From the human T2T-CHM13v2.0 reference genome, Homo sapiens, in the NCBI RefSeq assembly GCF_009914755.1, contig NC_060928.1: a stretch of 64,000 nt of DNA; one strand, written 5' to 3'. Below, one piece after another: positions 1 through 20,401 of this stretch. Each line of letters starts with the position of its first letter. Within the stretch, counting starts at the first letter, position 1. The position numbers were made by a program, and so were the translations under genes. The notes beneath the pieces were generated by a model. The model searched no databases. It had not been told where the DNA came from and was given only the letters and a program-made list of their open reading frames with translations.

Positions 1-473
1 CCTGCCCTCAAGGCTTTGGTGGGCTCATTTCATGCATCAGCTCTCATGGGTTGGAGTCTCATGCATGCAGCTCTCACAGGGTGGTGCTGCATGTGAGTAG
101 CTCTATGGTTCTGGGTTTTCAAGGGCAGCATCACCCCTGTGACTCCACTAGGCATTGCCCTAATGGAGATTCTCTTAGGTAGTTTTCCCCTGTGCAGATT
201 TCTTCCTGGGCTCTCAGGCTATCAGATATAACCTTCAAAATATAGGTAGAGGTACCATGCCTTCACAGCTCATGAACTCTATGCACTTGTAAAATTAGCA
301 CCATGTGGATACCACCAAATCTTACTTCTTGTGACCTCTAGTGCAGTGGACTGAGTTACACCTGGACCTGCTTGATACATGACTGGGGCAGGGAGCTGAG
401 GGGTCCTGTGCTGGGATGCAAGGAATAAAGACTTGAAGTGGCCCTGGGCAACAAGCCTTCCAGTACTAATTTT
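1..473 (-). mobile_element. MaLR (MST-type) internal sequence, internally deleted
   Basis: Resembles the reverse complement of THE1/MST internal sequence (ctccactaggcattgccc; aaatataggtagagg; gccctgggc). It then jumps to cagtactaattt immediately before the LTR. Confidence 0.7.
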
Positions 474-846
474 TGTTATAGTGCATTTTGTGCTGCTATA
501 ACATAATACCACAGACTGGGTAACTTATAATAAAAAGAAATTTATTGGCCCACAGTTATGGAAGCTGGGGTGCTGGTATCTGGCAAGAGCCTTCTTGCTG
601 TGTCATAAAAGGCAGAAGAGCAAATAGGGAGGGGGAAAGAGAAAGAAAAAGGGAGAGAGAGAGTAAAAAGAAACCAAACTTCCCCTTTTATAAGAATCTC
701 ACTCTGTGACAATGGCATTAATCCATTCATAAGAACAGCCCTGATGGCCTAAATACCTCTTATTAGGCCACACCTGCCAAAACTGTTGCATTGGGGATTA
801 AGTTTCCAACACATGTTTTTTGGTGGGACCCATTTAAACCATAGCA
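474..846 (-). mobile_element. MaLR LTR (MSTD/MLT1A-like)
   Basis: Contains gctgctataacataataccacagactgggtaacttata, tttattggcccacagtt and ggcattaatccattcat, and ends aaaccatagca (reverse complement of the tgctatggttt start). Confidence 0.85.
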
Positions 847-879
847 ATCATGTTTTCATTTTCTTTATTTTATAATACT

Positions 880-1400
880 TTGACTTAGTGGAACCATGCA
901 GACTTAAGAAGAAAATGCTCCTTCCAGGGCTAGGTAATTTCTAGAGATAGCAAATAACTTCCCTGCAAGCCCACCTTTCATATACAAACCAAGCAATTCA
1001 AAGTCCACGTTTCCAAACTCTTTTTTTTTTTTGTCAAACTTTCACACATCAATAGTCCCCCCACCCTAAATCACCCCAGGACCAGGTATTGGGCAACAAG
1101 AGAACATTTCTGCAGCTCACAGCCCACAAAAAGTTTTCAAACTATCCAATCTTAACCTTACTCAATATCTCTACCCTGCTTTGCCTGCTCCTCATGAAAG
1201 CTCCACTAAAGGCTCTGGTCTATGTTCCACTGATACTTGTTCTGTATCCTGACTGACCTTGCTAGCTGCCCATGTGGCCCTGTGTAATGTAGTGTGCCCT
1301 CTTCTCTTGGGACCTGTGAGTAATGAAACTTCCTTCAATTTAAACTCTCTATGTTCTCACTCAATCACCTTTAGAAATAAACCTCAAGCATAATCACAAC
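880..1400 (+). mobile_element. ERVL-type LTR (MER54/MER73/MER74-like; subfamily uncertain)
   Basis: Motifs gggctaggtaatttctagagatagcaaa, aatcaccccaggaccaggta and taaaggctct recall this LTR group. Confidence 0.55.
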
Positions 1401-1599
1401 AGACTCTCACACATATCCCTCTATTAAAACAATTTTTAAAAGATAACTAGACATCATCTTGTAAGTGTTTCCAATAAAAAATGTTCAGCTCTCATATATC
1501 ATTGTGTTTCTTCAAAGGCCACTTTAGAAATATGGATTCTGGACCACAGCCTCACATACTCTCTTGATCTTCCTCTAGGCCACTTGTACCCATCCCCTT

Positions 1600-3040
1600 T
1601 CCTGGTTCTTATTGAGCACCTTGACCTCTAAACTTTAAAATTTGAAAATTTGAAGTTTTCAGCACTTGGCTTTCTTATCTTTTCCACTTACACTCTTTCT
1701 AGTTGATATTTATACTTTCAAGGCTTTAAAGTTCATCTCTACACTGATAAATTTATATCTCCAGGTCAGATCCCTCTCCTGAACGTCAGGCTTGTATATC
1801 AAATACTGTAGTCAGCATCACTTTGTAGTCTAAAAGACATTTCAAAGTAATATGTCCCAAAGTTAGCTTCTTAGAATTAATCATGTAATTATCTTAGATT
1901 ATTTTCCCCTGCCTCACTTTCACACCATCCATTAGTGAATTCTGGCTCTTCTTAACAGAATAGCTAGAGTGATCACTTTAATACTGAAATCATGTCACTC
2001 CTCACCCTCGGATATTTCCATGATTTCCCATTATACTCAGGGCAAAAACACAGTTCTCTGCCATAATTTTGTAAGGCCTCCCAGGACTGTTCTGATCATA
2101 TTCTTCCAGTTTCCTCTCTTCCTCCTATCCATTGCTCTGGCCTTTTCGCAGTTCCTTGAAACATGCCACGCACTTTCCTACTTTAGCACCTTGCTTTTGC
2201 ATTGCCTAGAAAACTCCTCTCCTGTACCCATGAGGCTCACTCTCTTCTAGCCTTCAGACCTCTATTTTAATGTCACCAGTGAGTAAGGTCTTTCCTGGCC
2301 ACTGTATATATAAGAACATGCCACCCTGACCCCAAAAGTCCCTGTTCAACTTGTTTCATATTTGTACATTTCATTTTGTTTCATTTTTTACACTCAAATA
2401 AATGAAAATTATGTATTTATGAATGCACATGCATTTCATTTATTATACTTAAATAAATAAAAATAATTTCATTTATTATACTTTTTTAACCTTTTAATTT
2501 GTTGAGTATATGTCTTTCCTCCTATAGATCAATCTTTTCTGTCTAAATCATAAGCTCTGTGAAGTCAGGACATTTTGTTAGGTTTGTTTTCATTATCCTT
2601 CTACCTAAGGCAGTGCCTGATACATGGTTAGTGATATGGTTTGGCTCTGTGTTCTCACCCAAATCTCATCTTGAATTGTATCCCCACATGTTGATGGAGG
2701 GACCTGATGGGAGGTAGTTGGATCATGCATGCGGTTTTCCCTTTGAGGTTCTCATGATAGTGAGGGAGTTCTCATGAAATATGATGGTTTAAAAGTGGCA
2801 GTTTCCCCTGCCTCTCTCTCTTTATCTCCTAAGAGCCATGTAAGACCTGCCTTGCTTCCCCTCCCTCTTTGGCCATAATTGTAAGTTTTCTGGGGCCTCC
2901 CAAGCCATACCAAACTGTGATTAAATTAGACTTCTTTTTCTTTATAAATTAATGAGTCTCAGGTAGTATCTTTATAGCAGTGTGAGAATGGACTAGTACA
3001 GTTGGCATTCACAATGCATGTTTGCTGAATAAACAAATGC
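1600..3040 (+). mobile_element. L2 (LINE-2) 3' fragments, interrupted by an MSTA LTR
   Basis: Has atttatatctccagg...ctctcctgaac...cttgtatatc and the L2 tail ctctgtgaagtcagg...cagtgcctgatacat|...tttgctgaataaa. Confidence 0.65.
2632..3000 (+). mobile_element. MSTA-like MaLR solo LTR
   Basis: Starts tgatatggtttggctctgtg...caaatctcatcttgaattgta and ends gaatggactagtaca. Flanked by a 5-bp TSD gttag (2627-2631) / gttgg (3001-3005). Confidence 0.9.
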
Positions 3041-4529
3041 ATTAATTTTTAATTTAGTGAAATGCTATCACATAACAATTTTGTGAGTGAAAGATGGTGA
3101 AAAAATAAATTATTTGAAATCTGACAGTACAACTAATTTAGCTTTGGTGAGAGGAATTTCATCCAGCTATATTTTTTTCTGTCTGAATCTAGATTTCTGA
3201 TTTACTTCATATCCTTGTTTCCTATGGTGGTCTGATTGTAAGTAAAAAATCATATTTTAGAGGTTATGAATAATAAAATGTAAATATGAGTCTTGCATAT
3301 TTTAAATACATTTATTTTTCATTTTTTAATGTAAATAAAACACCTGTAGATTTCATTATTGATCTTAAATGCAAGGGTGTCTTGCAAAGGTTAAAAAAAG
3401 CTTACGATTCCAGTATATTAAATATCTAAAGACAACAGTTGAGCTCAAATACCATAGAATAGCTTTCAACTCAAAGTATGTAACTTGAAATATATTACTG
3501 TGCTAACTTCAATGTAAAATAAATTATTTCTTACTTCTAAAATTTAAAAAAAATAAGTTTTGAATCAAAATTATGGTTAGATTTTTTTAGACTAAGCAGT
3601 TGAATTGCATTCAACATGACTATTTTTAATTATATGACCACCTTTTACAATTAGCTTTGGATGTATATGCAAGCTAGGGAACAGATTACTGCCTTGCAGC
3701 CCACCTTCCCAGTGGATCTGAGTAGCTTAATATGTTACACATTTTATCCTCTCAGGAAAACGTTTCTTACTTTCAAGCTATAATTAACTTATTCTCTAAC
3801 GATTGTTTACTGCAGAAAACAAGCTAATCCTTCCAAATCCTCACATCCACTGGTGAGGAGAGAGAAAGATGAATTTTGAATTTAACAGTGAGTTACAGCA
3901 TTAACTTCAAAATTGCATTTTACTGTTTTCCATTCATAATTCAATTATTGCAGCTGTACTTATTTTGCCACAGGTTTATTTGTTTTTCAAGAGAATAGAA
4001 AGAGTTTCTATGCCCAAGGATTTGATGAAAGTGAGAAGCTCATTATATGGCCAATTATTGTTCATAACCTGACAGCTTTGCAACAGTCTCCAAAAATCTG
4101 TCATTTTCTCTCCACAGACAAGTTCTGTTCAACAAGCCCCTATAGCACAGGTTAAACTACTCGATTATTCTTAAAAAGTGTTTGACCTCATTCCTTGTAC
4201 CCTGCAGGGAAAAAAATTTAACATTTAACCAACAGTGAGGAATCTTTGCTGAGGGTGAAAAATATTCTTTTTTCCCTAGCTAGGTGTCTGCTCAGTTGAA
4301 ACATGGTTGAAATATTCTAGTTTAGATTTAATAGCTATGAGCAAGTTTTGATTTTTTTTCTTGATCCTGTGCTTTCCTGTGCTTCATAAATTCCTTGTAA
4401 AGGCTATTTTGATATTTTCTCTGAAGACTAAAAATGTACTCAGTGTAGTCTAATCAGAAAAATATCCTCAACTACAATTACTTCAGTGGTTTACTGTTTT
4501 TCCAATATGCCAAAGACAGTATATATACA

Positions 4530-6900
4530 CAGGACTATATGAAAATGTATATTACGGATAAAAAAATAAAATTATCTACCATATACAAACCACATGCACC
4601 CACCACCTTGGCCAAGAAGCAAAACTTTACCCTTTAAATTTTATCCAAGCAGGCTTCTTGTATCTCTCTTGCTCTTCCCAGAGGTAATCACTTCTTGAAA
4701 TTTGTAGCAGGTATTTCTTTGCTTTCTATTATAGTCTTTGCCATCTTTATGAATCCCTATCTAATTCTAATCAATACATTATTTAACTCTGTATATTTCG
4801 GGCACTGTATAGAAGAAATCATAGCATATTTATTCTTCTATAACTTGCTTTTTTGACCACTATTCTTTTAGGTCAACCATGTTACTACTTACGGCTACTC
4901 TTCAAATTTATTCATGGCTGCATAGAATTCCATTGAATACATGGACTATACATCATTAATCCACAACAATTTTCATGGCTTTTTGTGTTTCCAGTTTTTG
5001 CTATTCTGACTGATGCTGTTACAGAAATGCCCCTAATGTCTCCTGTACATGTGCAACATTTTCACTGGGGACTTCTTCCTAGGACAGGAACTGCTGAATA
5101 GTAAAGTGTATACATGCCCACTTATACCATAGAGTATAAATTATTTTCAAAGTCGTTTATCTACACACTCATCAGCATATGAAAGTTCTAGTAGCTCCAC
5201 ATAATATTATCTGAAATTTTTTACAGTCAGTATAAAATGATAGCTTATTGATGCTTAAATTGCATTTTTACTTCAATTCTACTTAAATGTATTCTCATAT
5301 ACATATATTATTTCTTCTGTGAAATTCCTTTTAATGTCTTTTGTTCACTTTTAGACATTTTAAATATATAATCTTCTATGGTTGTCATGATTTTTATCTG
5401 CTTGCTCTTAGAGAGACGTGTTAAAATCTTTTATTGTGACTTTGGATCTGTATGTTTCTGTGGTTCTTCCAATCTTTGTTTTACCTATTGAGAGACATTT
5501 TAGTATACCCAGACTTCATATCATTTTACTTCACGATGAATTATCAGCATTATGCAGAGACCTTAAATATTTACAATAATGTTTTTACATTATGTAGCAT
5601 ACTTGTTTCTTCTTGGAAACCAATTTTAATTAGTCATCATTGTTTGACATTATTATAGCTATACTTGTCTTCTTTGATTAATATTTGCCCCATATGTATA
5701 TCTGCACATCAAATCTTTACTTTCAACTCTTATCAACCTATGCTTTTTATGTGTCTCTAAAACACAGTAAAACCCAATTTCATTTATATTTTTTAATCTT
5801 ACCTGAAAATGTTTTTAATGCTTAGTCCATTTACTTTTAATGATTAAAATAATTTGATTTATTCTTGTCTACTTAGTTTATAACTGTTTTCTTCCAGTTT
5901 TTACCAGTGTTTTTTCTCTTATTTTCTTCATTATTTGAAATTAATGAGGTTTTTTCTCATTCCATTTTGAAATTTGTCTGTACTTTGCCTACATTCTGTA
6001 AACATATTTCTGCTAAATATGGGATTCTTGACTGATTGATAGCTTTTTTATTGTTGGTGGTGTCTCAAAGAAGTCAGCTGTTGGTTCCTTGTCACTCTTT
6101 TGAAAGTAATATTTTCTCTCTGGATGCTTTTAGGATCTTTTGTTCATGGCTTTTCTATACTTTCTCTATGATATAGCTGCATGAGAATTTTATTTATTCT
6201 GATTTGGATTTCTTGGGCTTATTAAATATGTTAATTGTATTCCTACACCAATTCTAAAATGTTCCCAGCTGCTCCTTTTAAATGTATTGCCTCTGCAACC
6301 TTTACTGTATTCTCACATTCTGAGAGTTTTGAATGGGAACATATTAAACTCTTTTATTCTACCTTTCATAATTCTTAATTTCATTGTTCCATGGTTACTT
6401 TGTTGTTCTCTATATGCATAATCATTTCTTTGGTTCCATATTTCAATTAATAATTTTCTATTTACGTGGCTCTTTAACAGTGTTAAGTACTTTAATTTCA
6501 ATTACACATTTCTATTTCTAGAACAGATTTTATTTTATTTTTTCAAATTTACTTGCTATTTACTTATTTTTCAAAACTCTCTTTTATGTCTTGAAACATA
6601 ATGAACATTCTTATTTTATATTATGTATCTGATGATTCTGGTATCTGATGATTCTCATATCTGATGTTTTTGTGAGTCTAGATTTGCTCATTGTCACTTC
6701 TGCTGGCTTTGGCTGGCATTGCAGTGTCCTTCCATATTTGATTTTTGGGGGCAGTAAGGGATGTAGTTTCTTTGGAACTTGATCTGTAAAAATTATTTGA
6801 AAACTGTTGCAAAGGTGAGTTCATCCAGAAAGCATATGCTCTACCAAGCCAGAAATACTAGGAAAATACTCTTAAGTTAACCTTTTGATTGCAACTCAGA
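4530..6900 (-). mobile_element. Ancient L1M/L1ME fragments
   Basis: T-rich, degenerate antisense L1 motifs (cccagaggtaatcacttc, tagaattccattg, tttccagtttttgctatt, ttctctctggatgcttttaggatc). Confidence 0.6.
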
Positions 6901-7055
6901 CAATGTGAATTAGTTTGCAAGCCCATGTGTAGAAAAACTTAAGGTTTCAAACTTTTGAGAGAAATTTTTTTTCTCCTCTATTGAGCATAAGCTTCAAGGC
7001 TGACAGTTTACCATGTAGACCTTTTGGGACAGGGATTTAATAATAGATGTATCAG

Positions 7056-7073
7056 TAGATAGATAGATAGGTA

Positions 7074-7120
<47 letters not shown>
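7056..7120. repeat. (TAGA)n tetranucleotide microsatellite
   Basis: About 11 perfect TAGA units at 7075-7120, preceded by a short interrupted run at 7056-7070. Confidence 0.95.
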
Positions 7121-8083
<963 letters not shown>

Positions 8084-8520
8084 TAAGTTTTATATTGCTA
8101 GAAATGAAACTTCTTTAGTGATTAATTTTAAATATTATACTTATATTTAATCTGTTTATTACTTAGGATATCGTAATATAGCTAATGCATGGGCTTTTAA
8201 GAGTTTGCCAGTAAACCCAAATGACTGAATCTCAAGTCTTGAAGTTAGTCTTGATTGGTATTAATAATATTAAAAGTGAAAGAAAGTAAAAAGAAAACTA
8301 CTGTTTTCTGAATCAGAAACTGTGTACCTTCTTTTGAAGGTTGTGTGATTTTCCAATAATTAAAACTGATGTAATTACTTTTATATGGATAACTAAGGAA
8401 TTGACCCATGAGATATGTGTGATACATGTAAGTAAAATTCTAAGAAGGTAATAAGAATGGGATAAAAAAATGTAACAGTGGCATGCCCAAACAAAAAGGG
8501 CCTTATTCAGACCTCTAGGG

Positions 8521-9176
<656 letters not shown>

Positions 9177-9260
9177 CTCTAGGGGAATAGTCACCAAATT
9201 AGTCTCAGGGTAGGAAGGACACACTAGTCTGTTGAGTTGTTCCATTTCAGATTCTTTTGA

Positions 9261-9334
9261 TTAGGTAGATGCAAAAATAATTGTGATTCTCACCATTAAT
9301 GACCCAAACCGCAATTTCTTTTGCACCAACCTAC
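9261..9334. mobile_element. MADE1 mariner-derived MITE (degenerate)
   Basis: ttaggtagatgcaaaaataattg...ccgcaatttcttttgcaccaaccta matches the palindromic MADE1 terminal inverted repeats. Confidence 0.85.
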
Positions 9335-10894
9335 TAATAACCAAAGAGATTTCCTTAATTAGAAGTTATTTGGACTCCGAAATCATATGGAGAATGAATA
9401 GTAAGTAGATATTAAGATGTTAATTTAAATAACGTATACCAATAGAACAAAATATACGTAAGGTATGTGTATGACCATAATGGAGTTTCGGGTCTTTAAT
9501 TCTATTCCCTTCTAAAAAGTGTACTGTGCAGGTCGTAACTAGGAATTTTGATCAGGAAAATGCAGCTATCCTGCATTTATCTCCCTCTGCAGGCCAGTTC
9601 TGTTCCCTACCAGTCTTCTTTGGTCCTGGCTGGTGTGCATCCCGTTTCAATCTGGCTATTTTATTCTTTCATGAAGACATGTATATTAATTAAAAAGAAT
9701 CTGGTGACTCTGTCTGCAATTACAAACGTTGGGACTTTGTAATATCAATGACAATGACTTTTACAAATTTACTTCTTCTCTTCTGATCCTCGTTGCCCAT
9801 GTCTTATGGTTCACTTCCCTGTCTGTCACTGAGCCTTCTGTAGTTGCATGCTAAATTTCAGAAATGCTTTTTCCTATGTTTACTCAGGAGGTTTTCACTG
9901 GTTTTATAAATTTTTAGAACTTTTAGGTTGAAGATAGCCTTATAATGACTATTTACATGTCAAAAGATAAAAAAAGGTCTTTGAAAATGTTTTCTCCATT
10001 TTTGAATATGATGTTCTTTGAAGTGATTAATTAGTTTATTGGACTTCCAAGTGACCATAGCTTTCCTATGTCTTGATTGAGAAAATACAGAATAATTGCA
10101 ACTTCCTATCTAGTAACTCACGAATAACTTGATATTTTATTAAACAATTGAGAATGTTTACCTGAAAAATGGTAGAGAATGAAAAACATTATTTTTTTCT
10201 GATCTCCTTGGGATGTTTTATGGATGTTGAATTCAAGAACATTAAATAAAATGAACTTATAATTATTTAAACTGTTGATGGCCCAAACTTTTAGAATAAT
10301 TGTTCTGTGTTTATCTCCTAGATCACAGTGTTAAATGGCAGACAATGGGAAAGATTACACTTTTTCTCTTTTATTATATCTACTGGACAGCATTTTTTTT
10401 TTTTTTGCTGCCAATAATAGAAACCAGACCTCGATAACTAAACAGGACATACAATTATTTTAAGAGTTGTGAATATCTCTCAGATCAATAGGAAGGCTGG
10501 ACAAAACAGAAATCTGGACCTCAGTATGTTCACACCATACAGCAGCTGGGATCTCCCCTCCTCCCCGGCAGGTTTCAGATATGCAGTGCTGACTTTTCCC
10601 CTCTGCCATCTCGGCCATCAGTGCTGTCACTGCTAAGAGTAACCTCCCAAGATTTATTCCTAAGGGAGTATGTAGTTTTACTAGGAAGACATAACTTAAC
10701 AATATGTACCATTAGAGGGAACCTTGAGATAAAATATAACAAATCATAAAATATGTGTTTAGACAATGTAAGAGATGAGTAAGAGATATATTATAGTTAA
10801 ATTATTATTATTGAGAAAAATTCATGGAAGAGATGCTTTCACTATTGGCTTTGATTACATCCAGTTCATTTCATGCTGACTGATCATTGGAAAA

Positions 10895-17738
<6,844 letters not shown>

Positions 17739-18559
17739 TCCCATCATCTACTTCAACATTTGAATTAACAAAACACCACAATCTCAATTATAACAAAATT
17801 TGTCATTTCTCTCAGAGTGACAGTGGTATCACAATTTTCATTATAAATCCTCTTTGCTATGGCTTATGTCTTATCATATTAATTTATATGAGGATGAAAG
17901 TTCGCATTAAAAGTGGTTCAGCTCATATAAAAATTCCTTTCAAAATTAAAAAAAAAATTATATTTTCCACCAAGCAATAATCAACTAAACCATAATTTAT
18001 CCAAAAGGTTCACTACATTTCTGGCTGAAACAGAAAGTTATTGTGAACAATAAAATTTTACCAGCAGTTAGCTTTTTTTTCTCAGAATAGTTTCTATTAA
18101 TATTTAAAAGTATTAATGCAATAGCTATTTTATACTCAGGTACATTGCCTCTAAATAGTTAGATTTTACCAATTATTATTCCAGTAATAAACTGACCAGT
18201 TACTTATTCTTTTCTAATATTTAAGCTGTTGTTATAGATGTTTAAATAAATAAATTTGAGAGTTGGATATATATCTTCTTTGCATAATTATAACACTCTC
18301 TATACCATATTATGTACATCATAAATTGAGAAGTTGATTAAAAATGTCATGTCCCTGCATGTATGAAAAAGAGATTTAAAAATGAAACTATTCTAAAATT
18401 ATGGATTTTTCTAGAAACATGAAAAGTTGAGAATGAAATGATAAAAAAGGAAGTAGGGTCTTTCAAGTACCATTCAACATTACCAAAACTGTGTAAAAAG
18501 TAGACATTAAAGGAGAGCCTTGCATAATCTTTAACATAAGCTCCTTTATTTTCTTAATG

Positions 18560-18708
18560 CATGCAAATTTCTGAGCCCTTTCCCCAGGATTTATGGTTCA
18601 CAGGTTTTGGTGTGGGTTTCAGTAATTTGCATTTAATAAATGCCTCAGTTGACCTCAAGTAATTTTGATGCAAGTAAACTAGTTTTCACACATTGCAGAA
18701 AATCATGC
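18560..18708. mobile_element. MER5-like DNA transposon remnant
   Basis: atgcaaatttctgagccc...aatttgcattt...aattttgatgca...cacattgcagaaa follows the MER5 pattern. Confidence 0.55.
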
Positions 18709-18827
18709 TTCATTGTCCACTAGTTATGTGTGAGTTTTAAAATTAAAGTTTTTATTAATTATAAAAAAAAATTTATCCTGACCTACAATAGCATCCCTAG
18801 TACCTCTAACACTTTGCTTCATTTGTC

Positions 18828-19127
18828 TTTTTTGTTTTGTTTTGTTTTTGAGATAGGGTCTCACTCTCTTGCTCGGGCTGGAGTGCAGTGGTGCAATCTC
18901 AGCTCACCGCAACCTCCACCTCAAGCAATCCTCCCATTTTAGCCTCCTGAGTAACTGAGACTACAGGAACACGCCACCATGCCTGGCTTTTTTTTTTTTT
19001 TTTGTATTTTTGGTAGAAATGAGGTTTTGTCATGTTGCCCAGACTGATCTCAAACTCCTGAGCTCAAGCAGTGTGACTCAGCTTCCCAAAGTGCTGAGAT
19101 TACAGGTGTGAGCCACCATGACTAGCC
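18828..19127 (-). mobile_element. AluJ
   Basis: Diverged antisense Alu (gagatagggtctcactc, ctcaagcaatcctccc, ctcaaactcctgagctcaag). Confidence 0.92.
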
Positions 19128-19329
19128 ATCTTTTGTCTTTATATACTTATTACTACTTGACATAATATTATATACATTTTCAGATTTTTTCTTTATTACT
19201 ATAAACCTTATGAGGGCAGGAACTTCACCAGTGTTCGTCACTTCTTTTCCTTCCTCTGTATTTGAAATGGATATGGTAGGCTTGAAATGCAGTAGAAATT
19301 AATTCACTGAGGTTGTTGCAGTATGCTTT

Positions 19330-20401
19330 TTTTTAAATTATCCTTTAAGTGCTGGGATACATGTGCAGAATGTGCAGGTTTGTTGCATAGGTATACATGT
19401 GCCATGGTGGTTTGCTGCACCCATCAACCCATCATCTACATTAGTTATTTCTCCTAATGCTATCCCTCCCCTAGCCCTCTACCCCACCAACAGGCCCCAG
19501 TGTGTGATGTTACCCTCCCTGTGTCCATGTGTTTTCATTGTTCACCTCCCACTTATGAGTGAGAACATGTGGTGTTTGGTTTTCTGTTCCTGTGTCAGTT
19601 TGCTGAGAATGATGGTTTCCAGCTTCATCTGTGTCCCTGCTAAGGACATGAACTCATCCTTTTTATGGCTGCATAGTATTCCATCGTGTATATATGCCAT
19701 ATTTTCTTTGTACAGTCTATCATTGATGGGCATTTGGGTTGGTTCCAAGTCTTTGCTATTGTGAACAGTTCTGCAATAAACATACGTGTGCATGTGACTT
19801 TATAGTAGAATTATTTATAATTTTGGGGGTATATACTCAATAATGGGATTGCAAGGTCAAATGGTATTTCTGGTTCTAGGTTCTTGAGGAATTGCCACAC
19901 TGTCTTCCACAATGGTTGAGCTAATTTACACACCCACCAATGGTGTAAAAGCATTCCTATTTCTCCACATGCTCTCCAGCATCTGTTGTTTCCTGACTTT
20001 CTAATGATCGCCATTCTAACTGGTGTGAGATGGTATCTCATTGTGGTTTTGATTTGAATTTCTCTAATGACCAGTGATGATGAGCTTTTTTTCATATGTT
20101 TGTTGGCTGCATAAATGTCTTCTTTTGAGAAGTGTCTGTTCATATCCTTCACCCACTTTTTGATGGGGCTGTTTGTTTTTTTCTTGTAAATGTTCCTTGT
20201 AGATTTAAGTTCCTTGTAGATTCTGGATATTAGCCCTTTGTCAGATAGATAGATTGCAAAAATTTTCTCCCATTCTGAAGGGTGCCTGTTCACTCAGCCC
20301 CAAATCTCCTTAAGCTGATAATTAACTTCATCAAAGTCTCAGGATACAAAATCACTGTGCAAAAATCACAAGCATTCCTACATACCAATAATAGACAAAC
20401 A
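19330..20401 (-). mobile_element. 5'-truncated, 5'-inverted L1PA (L1PA7/8-like)
   Basis: Antisense 3'UTR/ORF2 C-terminus from 19330 to ~20294, then a sense ORF2 piece at ~20295-20401. TSD gcagtatgcttt (19318-19329) / gcaatattcttt (20402-20413). Confidence 0.9.

Noticed and set aside
6625-6666. Short tandem repeat tatctgatgattct x~3
   Set aside because: Local slippage inside an old L1. There are no spacers, so it is not CRISPR-like.
19363-20293. ORFs of 133-160 aa
   Set aside because: They are L1 ORF2 C-terminal and antisense 3'UTR frames of a truncated L1, not cellular genes.
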